From IMG/VR virus record IMGVR_UViG_3300028968_000090: DNA of 12,409 bases, one strand, 5' to 3'. Under the pieces are notes generated by a model that was given only the letters and a program-made list of their open reading frames with translations, did not search any database and had not been told where the DNA came from. Origin of the DNA: a virus. Lineage: Duplodnaviria > Heunggongvirae > Uroviricota > Caudoviricetes. Position 1 is the stretch's first letter. Every line of letters begins with the position of its first letter. The position numbers and the translations under genes were made by a program. Of the stretch, positions 5,627-12,409 are shown piece after piece.

Positions 5627-7477
5627 ATGTTAGAAATTAACACTTCTAAAATTAAGAACACAGTAACATTTAGTGTAGATAAAGACAGCTTGAAAAAAGC
5701 GAAAGACTCTATTACAGGCTTAAAGGGATTCGTAGAAAATATCAAGCCAGCTAAGTTAAGGTTTGATAATGTCACTAAAGGCTATAAGAAAGCACAAAGT
5801 GAAGTAGATAAGATTGCTCAACAGAAAGCTAAAACAGAAAAACAAAATCAAAGAGCACAAGCTGCCGCAGCAAGAGCACAGGCAAGGCAACAGCAACAAA
5901 TAGCAGCACGTAAAGAGAAAGCAGAATTAAAACTGTTAGACGTTGGATCAAGCATTAGTGCAATGCACCGTCTCTCTGTAGCGGAACAATATAAAGCTAT
6001 TGCACAGGCTAGAGAGATAGCAAAACAATATGAGCAAGGCGCTATCTCGCTTGCACGTATGAATAGCCAAATGAAACGCCTACAACAGCAACAACGTAAG
6101 ATTAATGGCAACAGAAAAGCTCAATTAGCCCCCGTTAAGGGAGGATCAGGGAATTCCGCCACTATGGGCGCTCTGTTATTTGGAGGCGCTACAGCGGCGG
6201 CTGGCGTGATGGCTGTAAGCAAAGCCTCTGATTTTGTTACTAGCAGCTTCGCTAACGCAGACACCCAAGGGGAGCTAATTCAACGGGCCAAGCTGGGCGG
6301 TGTAGACGTTAACCAGATGTATAATATTACAGAATGGGCGTATAAAAACGGCGTTGACTCTATGATGGGTGATCAAGGGGCTAGGAAATACCTGGATCAG
6401 ATGAAAGATGTTAGGGAACGTGCCGCAAAATCCTACAGTGAAGCTGAATTGGTGAAAGATAAGCAAACCGGAAAATCTAAATGGAAAGGCGGTGATAACG
6501 CTATTAATGAACTTCTAAACATCGGAGTTATTAACAAAAGCGACCTTAAAAAATTTGCTGATAATCCAGCCGGATTAATTTCTAAGGCTGTTAATGGAAT
6601 GATGAAAAAAGGGTTTTCAGACTCCCAAATTGGACAACGTTTAGAAGACCTGGGCGATGATTTGATGCTTACATCAAAATATTGGCAACGTTCCGTTAAA
6701 GATGTACAAGAAAGTATTAACCAGCAAAAAGCCTCTGGAAAATGGCTAACAGAAACACAGCAAGACTCTATTGTTAAGTTCAGAGAACTAAACAGACAGC
6801 TTTCACAGCTTTCTGATGCAAGACAAGTAGCATTCGTAGACGGCTTTATGAAATCTCTTGATCCAAAAGTAACGGAAGAGTTTATGAAAAACCTTTCTAA
6901 TCTCACTCCGTATTTTACAAAACTGGGAGAAGCCACGGGAAGTCTCTTTGAAGCTATTATGAAGATTGTAAACTGGTTTAATCGTAATGATGATAAGACA
7001 GATGCTATTCAGAAAAATATGGGTGATGCACCGCCATTAAGCAATGATGGGATGAAGAAGAATTTAGATAATCTCACTCCTGATCAATATAAAGGCGCTG
7101 GCACTGCAACAACTACACCTGATAATAGTCATTCTCTCTTTAACACGATTAAGGGATGGCTTTTCGATGATAATGCTTCTTCTGTGTCAGATGTAAAAAT
7201 GTCAGTCAGCGAAGCACCGATAACCAATCTCAAACAGGGTGCTTTAAATAATCTTGCAATGACAACTCCGGCTTATAATTTATCTCCTGTATTCAATCTG
7301 AATCCTACATTTGAAGTGGTAACAGAGGTTCCTCTTACTATTAATTCTGACACATCAAGATTAAGCGATTATGTGGATTTTACAGCAAGAGCAAGTCGGG
7401 ATAGCTTCTTGAAATCATTAACATTAACCAGCTTATCAGGACAATCCAACGGCGGGNNNNNNNNNNTCCCGCCATAA
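5627..7477 (+). CDS. Large coiled-coil protein with a Gly/Ala-rich hydrophobic segment (about 616 aa); tape-measure-, scaffold- or ejection-protein-like. C-terminus uncertain because of the N gap
   Basis: RBS aagggg. Q/A/K/R-rich predicted coiled coil at about residues 60-165; hydrophobic GALLFGGATAAAGVMAVSKA segment. The ORF crosses the 10 N at 7457..7466, so the reading frame beyond the gap is not established. Confidence 0.55.
   Translation: MLEINTSKIKNTVTFSVDKDSLKKAKDSITGLKGFVENIKPAKLRFDNVTKGYKKAQSEVDKIAQQKAKTEKQNQRAQAAAARAQARQQQQIAARKEKAELKLLDVGSSISAMHRLSVAEQYKAIAQAREIAKQYEQGAISLARMNSQMKRLQQQQRKINGNRKAQLAPVKGGSGNSATMGALLFGGATAAAGVMAVSKASDFVTSSFANADTQGELIQRAKLGGVDVNQMYNITEWAYKNGVDSMMGDQGARKYLDQMKDVRERAAKSYSEAELVKDKQTGKSKWKGGDNAINELLNIGVINKSDLKKFADNPAGLISKAVNGMMKKGFSDSQIGQRLEDLGDDLMLTSKYWQRSVKDVQESINQQKASGKWLTETQQDSIVKFRELNRQLSQLSDARQVAFVDGFMKSLDPKVTEEFMKNLSNLTPYFTKLGEATGSLFEAIMKIVNWFNRNDDKTDAIQKNMGDAPPLSNDGMKKNLDNLTPDQYKGAGTATTTPDNSHSLFNTIKGWLFDDNASSVSDVKMSVSEAPITNLKQGALNNLAMTTPAYNLSPVFNLNPTFEVVTEVPLTINSDTSRLSDYVDFTARASRDSFLKSLTLTSLSGQSNGGXXXXPP
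7457..7466. other. Assembly gap or masked bases (10 N)
   Basis: Run of n characters flanked by an inverted repeat, ggcggg on the left and tcccgcc on the right. Confidence 0.95.
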
Positions 7478-7498
7478 CATTACAAGGAAATTATTATT

Positions 7499-8212
7499 AT
7501 GGCGACCGCCGGGATTTTAACCATACGTGCAGCAAATACTCCAGAACAACACGTTCAGGCTGTTTACAAAGCAGAACAAGATATAAACTCTACAAAAAAC
7601 GAAAATAGCAAAGCTAATAAAACAAAAGGAGAGAACGGATTTGCTATTGTTACCAGTGGCTTGGCATCTTCTGGCAATGACGTTTATGAAAATTATATGG
7701 CACTGGCCTTTGACAGTGTAGACGATGTGAACGTGAGACGTTCGGCAGATGTCACAAGCTACCCCGTAGAAAATGGTGCTACTGTGTCTGATCACGTTCA
7801 AATTAAAAACAATAAATTTTCTCTTAAAGGGCGTATCTCTGAAACACCGATTAAAAGCGATCCTGGCTTGTTAAAGAGTGCAGGGGTGAACGGGAACAGA
7901 AGATCATTAGCTATCGACTACCTGAATCAGATTATGGACAGTAGACAGCCTTTTCTTCTTGTTACAGAAAATAAAACTTTTGAGAACGTTGTTTTAACAG
8001 GCATCGAATACACAGAAGAGGCAAGCGAATCCCTGGTATTTGATCTTAGCTTTGAGCAAATAAGATTAGTTTCTTATGGCACTGTAAACACTGTAGCTAT
8101 CAAAACACAGCCATCTAAGAACATCGGGGCTAATATGAAAAAACGTGTTAACACTGAAAAACCAAGTAGTGAAGGTGAAGACACTATTACTCCTGCCTTT
8201 AAGCAGGAATAG
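7499..8212 (+). CDS. Hypothetical protein (237 aa), last plus-strand gene before the integrase
   Basis: ORF with aagga RBS. No recognisable domain. Confidence 0.5.
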   Translation: MATAGILTIRAANTPEQHVQAVYKAEQDINSTKNENSKANKTKGENGFAIVTSGLASSGNDVYENYMALAFDSVDDVNVRRSADVTSYPVENGATVSDHVQIKNNKFSLKGRISETPIKSDPGLLKSAGVNGNRRSLAIDYLNQIMDSRQPFLLVTENKTFENVVLTGIEYTEEASESLVFDLSFEQIRLVSYGTVNTVAIKTQPSKNIGANMKKRVNTEKPSSEGEDTITPAFKQE

Positions 8213-8252
8213 CCGTAAACGCCTCTAAAACGCTCTGTAACGATGTAATTAT

Positions 8253-8286
8253 AAAAGAGGCTACCAATCTATGTTGAAGCCTCTTT
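8253..8286 (-). terminator. Possible terminator hairpin between convergent genes (downstream of the integrase on the minus strand)
   Basis: 9-bp stem aaagaggct / agcctcttt with a 15-nt loop. On the minus strand the stem is followed by a U-rich tract (ttttataatt). The integrase stop is 8 nt away. Confidence 0.3.
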
Positions 8287-8293
8287 ATTGCGT

Positions 8294-9628
8294 CTATGGC
8301 GTTGTTTTACGCCTTAAATTTGATTTTTTATTGATTGATAAGCCTTTCTCTATTTCAGGGTAGCGTAGAAGCTCAATATAGTTTTTAAGCTCTACTGGAG
8401 AAGCTGCATTCTTGCTATATGTGCGGAATGTCTCTGTATTACCGCGTGTATGGCCCAGGAGAAGGGCGATCCTGTCTTCTGGAATTTGATTTCGATCAAG
8501 AAGCTGTGCTACTCCGTGTCTCAGAGAATGAAACACCTTCCTTTCTGTTCCCTTTTCCCCTAAAGCCTTTCGTTTAGCTCTTGTAAATCTCTGCGTGTGC
8601 CACGTGGAACGTTTACCATCAGCACGTTCTGTGATGCTGGCGTGATAGAACAAAAAGCCATTGTGAGGCTTTTCACGAAGAGATAACACCAACGGAGTGA
8701 TAAGGCTATGCACAGGCACAACACGTGCCGCAGCTTTCGTTTTTCCCTGTGTGATTTCAAAACACAGCACACCTTCGATCTCTTTCACATCGTCTATTGT
8801 GAGACTTGCTATCTCATTGATCCGCATACCTGTATAAGCACCGATAAGACACAAAGCCATCATTTCTTTGTTTTCTGCTGAATTACCGGAAAATACTTGC
8901 AACACTTGCAATAGCTCTTTGTTAGAAAATGCCTCATAGCTCTCTCTACTTTGTGCCACATCAAGCCTATGCCCTCGCCAGGGGGAGAGCGCCCTTTCTG
9001 GCGCATCGTGGTAACGTGATGAAGCTAACTCCCATAGCTGGGCCATTGGGCTGATATAATTTGCAATTGATTGTTGTGAAAGGGTTTTTTGCATGTGTTC
9101 AATCCAGCCTGTAACAGTGGTGCGGCTCACATCTTGCAATGCAATATCAGGCTTTTTACGGTAGGAGAGAAACATCTCTACCGCTTTTCTTGCCTTAGCT
9201 AAAGTGGCTGGCTTCTTCTTCGTGCTGTTAATTGTCAGGTAGATTTCAAGAATTTTAAGCAATGACGGACACGAAGACGCTGTATCTTGCATTCTGGTAG
9301 CTGTTTTGGCGTATTTAGCCTTACTGCGTAACAGTTCCAGCGTGTTCTCTATTGTGCTGTTTACAGGGGCGACACTCTCCCGTAGACAATGGTATTCATC
9401 TGCAATCTGATCACGCTTTCTACGTGCAACACGAAGATTACTTGTATGTAGACTCCTGACAAACGTCCTTTTTCCTTCAAAAAAGGGCTGCATATACACA
9501 GGCAACGTGATCCTCAAATAGTAGTTACCGTAAGAATCACAGATTATGTATTGGTTAGGCTTGTATCTCATAAAATCTCCGGCTAAAGTGTCGGAGCGTT
9601 TGTAATGTGAAAATTGATTGTAACGCAT
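8294..9628 (-). CDS. int: Tyrosine-type site-specific integrase (phage integrase family)
   Basis: C-terminal catalytic signature: TGMRINE (Arg box), HSLRH, LLGH and a downstream Tyr (RTYSK). Sits beside the tRNA-derived attachment core. The internal ATG at 9571 has a ggag SD and may be the true start (425 aa instead of 444 aa). Confidence 0.85.
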   Translation of the reverse strand: MRYNQFSHYKRSDTLAGDFMRYKPNQYIICDSYGNYYLRITLPVYMQPFFEGKRTFVRSLHTSNLRVARRKRDQIADEYHCLRESVAPVNSTIENTLELLRSKAKYAKTATRMQDTASSCPSLLKILEIYLTINSTKKKPATLAKARKAVEMFLSYRKKPDIALQDVSRTTVTGWIEHMQKTLSQQSIANYISPMAQLWELASSRYHDAPERALSPWRGHRLDVAQSRESYEAFSNKELLQVLQVFSGNSAENKEMMALCLIGAYTGMRINEIASLTIDDVKEIEGVLCFEITQGKTKAAARVVPVHSLITPLVLSLREKPHNGFLFYHASITERADGKRSTWHTQRFTRAKRKALGEKGTERKVFHSLRHGVAQLLDRNQIPEDRIALLLGHTRGNTETFRTYSKNAASPVELKNYIELLRYPEIEKGLSINKKSNLRRKTTP

Positions 9629-9671
9629 AGAAAATGATAATTTTTTCTATAAGATTCAATCAATTAGTAAT

Positions 9672-9733
9672 GGTCGTAGGTGATGGCATTAACACGAGAT
9701 TAATCGAGTGTTTTACTCCTATTATCGGCACCA
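9672..9733 (+). other. tRNA-Thr-derived attachment site: 3'-end fragment of a thrW-like tRNA (pseudo-tRNA, ptwF-like)
   Basis: actcctattatcggcacca at 9715..9733 matches the 3' T-arm/acceptor/CCA end of enterobacterial tRNA-Thr(CGU) as I recall it. ggtcgtaggt at 9672..9681 matches the preceding tRNA segment but is separated from the rest by a 33-nt non-tRNA insert. There is no intact tRNA. Confidence 0.55.
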
Positions 9734-9859
9734 TTAAAATCAAAGAGTTACCCCATATTTAAATACACCACGTTTCCTCCTGTGCCGCATTTGTGCCATT
9801 GTAACCTTGGCAATTCATCAAAATACTGTTCTGACATCAGGCAGTGCAGGTGCAGCTAT

Positions 9860-10270
9860 TTAAACCAATTGCTGCCGCCATTCTTTGACGTAGTCAATCA
9901 GGGCGCGGAGCTTTGGTGCAATATTGCGACGCTGTGGGAAATACAGATAGAAGCCCGGAAATTGTGGAAGAAAGTCATCAAGCAGCGATACAAGCTTACC
10001 GCTTTCAATATATGGCCTGAAAGTTTCCTGAGTGGCAATTGTTATTCCTCCGCCGGCAAGAGCCAGCCTCACCATCAGACGCAGATCATTAGTCGTAATC
10101 TGCGGTTCAATCGCAAGGTCGAAAGTTCTCCCGTTTTCTTCAAATGGCCAGCGATAAGGCGCAACCTCCGGGGACTGACGCCAGCCGATACACTTATGGG
10201 TATTTCCCCCGGAGGCGAGAAAGCGCTCTCCACGCCCGGCCGCAAGGATCAGGACGACGGGGGCAGGCAT
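9860..10270 (-). CDS. yagP: Truncated LysR-family regulator remnant: substrate-binding domain only, no N-terminal HTH (136 aa)
   Basis: C-terminal LysR-like sequence (FPQRRNIAPKLRALIDYVKEWRQ). Its start overlaps the stop of the upstream XdhC-family gene, so there is no room for the HTH domain. Matches the 136-aa yagP remnant downstream of paoD in E. coli, from memory. Confidence 0.55.
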   Translation of the reverse strand: MPAPVVLILAAGRGERFLASGGNTHKCIGWRQSPEVAPYRWPFEENGRTFDLAIEPQITTNDLRLMVRLALAGGGITIATQETFRPYIESGKLVSLLDDFLPQFPGFYLYFPQRRNIAPKLRALIDYVKEWRQQLV

Positions 10271-11205
10271 GAATCCTCCTCATGATGGAGACGTACAGAG
10301 GCGATTTCTGCCAGCACGGAGAGTGCCAGAGTATGCGCATCCCGGGCTTTGGGGAATATCCCGACGGGGGCCCGGATTTGCGCTGTCTCCTCCCTGGACC
10401 ATCCCAGCTCGTGGAGCTTTTGCAGACGTAACGTGTGGGTTCGATGGCTGCCCAATGCGCCGAGATAAAAGGGTTTTGCTTCTCGCGCGGCCTGCAATGC
10501 TGGCAGCTCCCGGTTGAGATCATGGCACAGCAAAATGACCGCCGTGTCGGTATCGATCTGAGCGCTGGCTGAGGCCGGAAAAAGATCGAAGATATGGCTG
10601 TCATAGCCTGTGGCTGCTGCAAGACTCGCGGTTGCCTGCGCCTCAAGAGAACGTCCGTAAATCATCAGCCTGACGCATGGCCTGAACCCCACCTCAAAGC
10701 CATTGAGATTCCAGCCCGTTCGGGTTTGCGTGGGCAGGCACACCAACGATTGTGCTTGCGGATCGTAGCGCAGCCCCGCCGGTTTTCTCTGTTCCAGACG
10801 GTTCAGCACGGCGAGCAGAGGCTGTGCCGAGCGTAGTTTATGGAGCGTCAGCGTGATCCCACCGCCGCAGGGCAGAACGATGTCAAACCACGGCGAACCT
10901 TCGCCATAGCGAATTTCGCGATCGCGGCCTGAGCCCATCATCTCCAGCGCTTCAAAAGCGGCAGCGGCCTCCACGCAGCCGCCAGAGACAAAACCGCAGT
11001 AACGACCATCTTCGCGAACCACCATCTGCGCCCCGAGCGGGCGCGCCGCGCCGCCGTGTATCTCCACCAGCGTCACCAGCACCGCTCCTTTACCGGACAT
11101 TAGCGCCTCTACGGCGAAGCGCAGAATGGTCCGGTGGTCATCGGTGAGAAACGCCTGCTCTGGCTTATGCCAGTGTTCGTCTTTATCAAAAAGCGGGTAT
11201 GACAT
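10249..11205 (-). CDS. paoD: XdhC/CoxI-family molybdenum cofactor insertion/maturation factor (318 aa)
   Basis: N-terminal XdhC signature (GAARPLGAQMVV...GFVSGGCVE) and a C-terminal Rossmann-like domain. Sits directly downstream of the Mo-binding aldehyde oxidoreductase subunit gene, as in paoABCD. Confidence 0.8.
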   Translation of the reverse strand: MSYPLFDKDEHWHKPEQAFLTDDHRTILRFAVEALMSGKGAVLVTLVEIHGGAARPLGAQMVVREDGRYCGFVSGGCVEAAAAFEALEMMGSGRDREIRYGEGSPWFDIVLPCGGGITLTLHKLRSAQPLLAVLNRLEQRKPAGLRYDPQAQSLVCLPTQTRTGWNLNGFEVGFRPCVRLMIYGRSLEAQATASLAAATGYDSHIFDLFPASASAQIDTDTAVILLCHDLNRELPALQAAREAKPFYLGALGSHRTHTLRLQKLHELGWSREETAQIRAPVGIFPKARDAHTLALSVLAEIASVRLHHEEDSCLPPSS

Positions 11206-11214
11206 TGTTTCTCC

Positions 11215-12409
11215 TTAAACCACATCCGGCAGCTTATCGAGCAGCTTATCCAGAGTGATGGGATAATCCCGTACCCGAATACCGGTGGCGTTATACACCG
11301 CGTTGGCGATAGCCGCGCTCACGCCGCACAGGCCCAGCTCACCGACACCTTTGGCCTTCATCGGGGAGGATATGGGGTCGGTATCATCCAGGAAAATCAC
11401 CTCCTGTTTTGGGATATCCGCATGGACCGGCACCTCATACCCCGCCATATCGTGATTAACGAAGTAGCCCAAACGGTCATCCACCGCCAGCTCCTCCATC
11501 AGTGCCGCGCCCATGCCCATAGTCATTGCGCCAATGACCTGGCTGCGCGCAGTTTTCGGATTCAGGATGCGTCCTGCAGCACACACAGCGAGCATACGCC
11601 GGACCCGAACTTCTCCCGTCGCGCTATGCACGCCGACCTCCACAAAATGCCCGGCAAAGGTCGACTGCTGGTACTCTTTGCTCAGTGTTCCGAATTCAAT
11701 GCTCTCTTCCGCTGTCAGTCTGCCGCCTGCGGTGGCTTCATGTAGCGTGGCGCTTCGGGTACCGTTGGTAATCTTGCCGTCGGCAAACTGCGACTGCTCA
11801 GGATCAAACCCGACTGCCGAGGCAATCATTTCGCGAAGCTTCATACAGGCGGCGTAAACGCCGGAGGTGGAGGTATTCGCGCCCCATTGTCCACCAGAAC
11901 CCGCAGAAACCGGGAAACTGGAATCGCCGAGGTGAACCGCAACCTGCTCCAGCGGTACGCCAAGCATTTCCGCTGCCGTCTGGGCCAGAATGGTGTAGCT
12001 GCCGGTGCCAATGTCGGTCATGTCCGTTTCTACGGTAACGGTGCCGTTTTGTTCGAGGTGAACCCGAGCACCCGATTTTTCCAGCAGATTATTGCGAAAG
12101 CCCGCCGCAACACCGTGGCCGACTAGCCACTCCCCGTCGCGCACCTGTCCGGGTGTGGCGTTGCGCTGCTTCCAGCCAAATTTATCCGCTCCGGTGCGCA
12201 AGCACTCGATAAGCTGACGGCGAGAGAAGCAGCGCGTCGGGTCGGCGGGGTCAACCTGAGTGTCATTCAGGATGCGAAACTCGACGGGATCGATGCCCGC
12301 TTTTTCCGCCAGTTCGTCGATCGCGATTTCGAGCGCCATCAGACCGGGGGCTTCGCCGGGCGCACGCATGGCGTTCCCTTCCGGCAAATCAAGCGTGGCG
12401 AGCCGCAGG
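11215..12409 (-). CDS. paoC: Aldehyde oxidoreductase molybdopterin-binding subunit, 3' (C-terminal) portion; the gene continues beyond the window
   Basis: Aldehyde oxidase/xanthine dehydrogenase molybdopterin-binding C-terminal domain motifs (GVGELGLCGVSAAIANAVYNATGIRVRDYPIT). The 5' end of the gene lies beyond position 12409 (the supplied ORF begins at an internal Met at 12387). Confidence 0.8.
   Translation of the reverse strand, partial: LRLATLDLPEGNAMRAPGEAPGLMALEIAIDELAEKAGIDPVEFRILNDTQVDPADPTRCFSRRQLIECLRTGADKFGWKQRNATPGQVRDGEWLVGHGVAAGFRNNLLEKSGARVHLEQNGTVTVETDMTDIGTGSYTILAQTAAEMLGVPLEQVAVHLGDSSFPVSAGSGGQWGANTSTSGVYAACMKLREMIASAVGFDPEQSQFADGKITNGTRSATLHEATAGGRLTAEESIEFGTLSKEYQQSTFAGHFVEVGVHSATGEVRVRRMLAVCAAGRILNPKTARSQVIGAMTMGMGAALMEELAVDDRLGYFVNHDMAGYEVPVHADIPKQEVIFLDDTDPISSPMKAKGVGELGLCGVSAAIANAVYNATGIRVRDYPITLDKLLDKLPDVV

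Larger units (their letters stand above)
1..9733. mobile_element. Right-hand part of an integrated phage-like element (possible satellite or cryptic integrative element); left boundary lies outside the window
   Basis: AT-rich block with co-oriented plus-strand operons, ending in a minus-strand tyrosine integrase beside a tRNA-Thr 3'-end fragment at 9715..9733. Composition switches to GC-rich chromosomal genes immediately to the right. Confidence 0.7.

Noticed and set aside
5848-6111. Cys-rich 87-aa minus-strand ORF
   Set aside because: It is antisense to the Q/A-rich coiled-coil coding region; the cysteines are the mirror image of GCA/CAG codon repeats.
1-9733. Filamentous (inovirus-like) prophage
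   Set aside because: The co-directional small genes are superficially similar, but there is no Zot-like assembly ATPase near an N-terminus, no small coat protein arrangement, and a tyrosine integrase is present.
9672-9733. Intact tRNA gene
   Set aside because: Only the 3' portion of a tRNA-Thr-like sequence is present and it is interrupted; no 5' acceptor, D-arm or anticodon arm is found upstream.
9782-10285. Plus-strand ORFs in the chromosomal flank (9782..10285, 10269..10517, 10594..10836, 11422..11745, 11513..11857, 11887..12126) and minus ORF 10194..10646
   Set aside because: They are antisense to, or out of frame within, the recognisable yagP-like, paoD-like and paoC-like genes; open frames of this kind are typical of GC-rich DNA.
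11064-11071. Chi site (GCTGGTGG on the minus strand) inside the paoD-like gene
   Set aside because: A single Chi octamer in 2.7 kb of enterobacterial-type chromosome is expected and not informative.

Overview
The window is a junction between an AT-rich integrated phage-like element (about 1..9733) and a GC-rich chromosomal flank (about 9734..12409). The flank carries, on the minus strand, a truncated LysR-type regulator remnant (yagP-like), an XdhC/CoxI-family maturation factor (paoD-like) and the 3' part of a molybdopterin aldehyde oxidoreductase subunit gene (paoC-like, running off the window). This gene order resembles the thrW/ptwF-intF-yagP-paoDC neighbourhood of Escherichia; that is recalled from memory, not searched. 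The element ends at a tRNA-Thr 3'-end fragment (9715..9733, attachment core) next to a minus-strand tyrosine integrase. Everything else in the element is on the plus strand: a ~1 kb repeat-rich non-coding control region, a TTGACA-17-TGT-AATAAT promoter, an early operon of small DNA-binding proteins (one RHH-like, two winged-HTH-like), two unknown genes, a second near-identical promoter followed by a structured leader that ends in an intrinsic-terminator-like hairpin, then a late-looking operon. That operon includes a 342-aa gene closed by a strong terminator (tentatively a major capsid protein), a 616-aa coiled-coil protein interrupted by a 10-N assembly gap, and a 237-aa unknown protein. No terminase, portal, protease, tail or lysis genes are recognisable, so the element looks like a compact satellite-like or otherwise unusual integrative element rather than a conventional prophage; this is a hypothesis. 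Protein functions other than the integrase and the chromosomal genes are low confidence, because no searches or computations were run.
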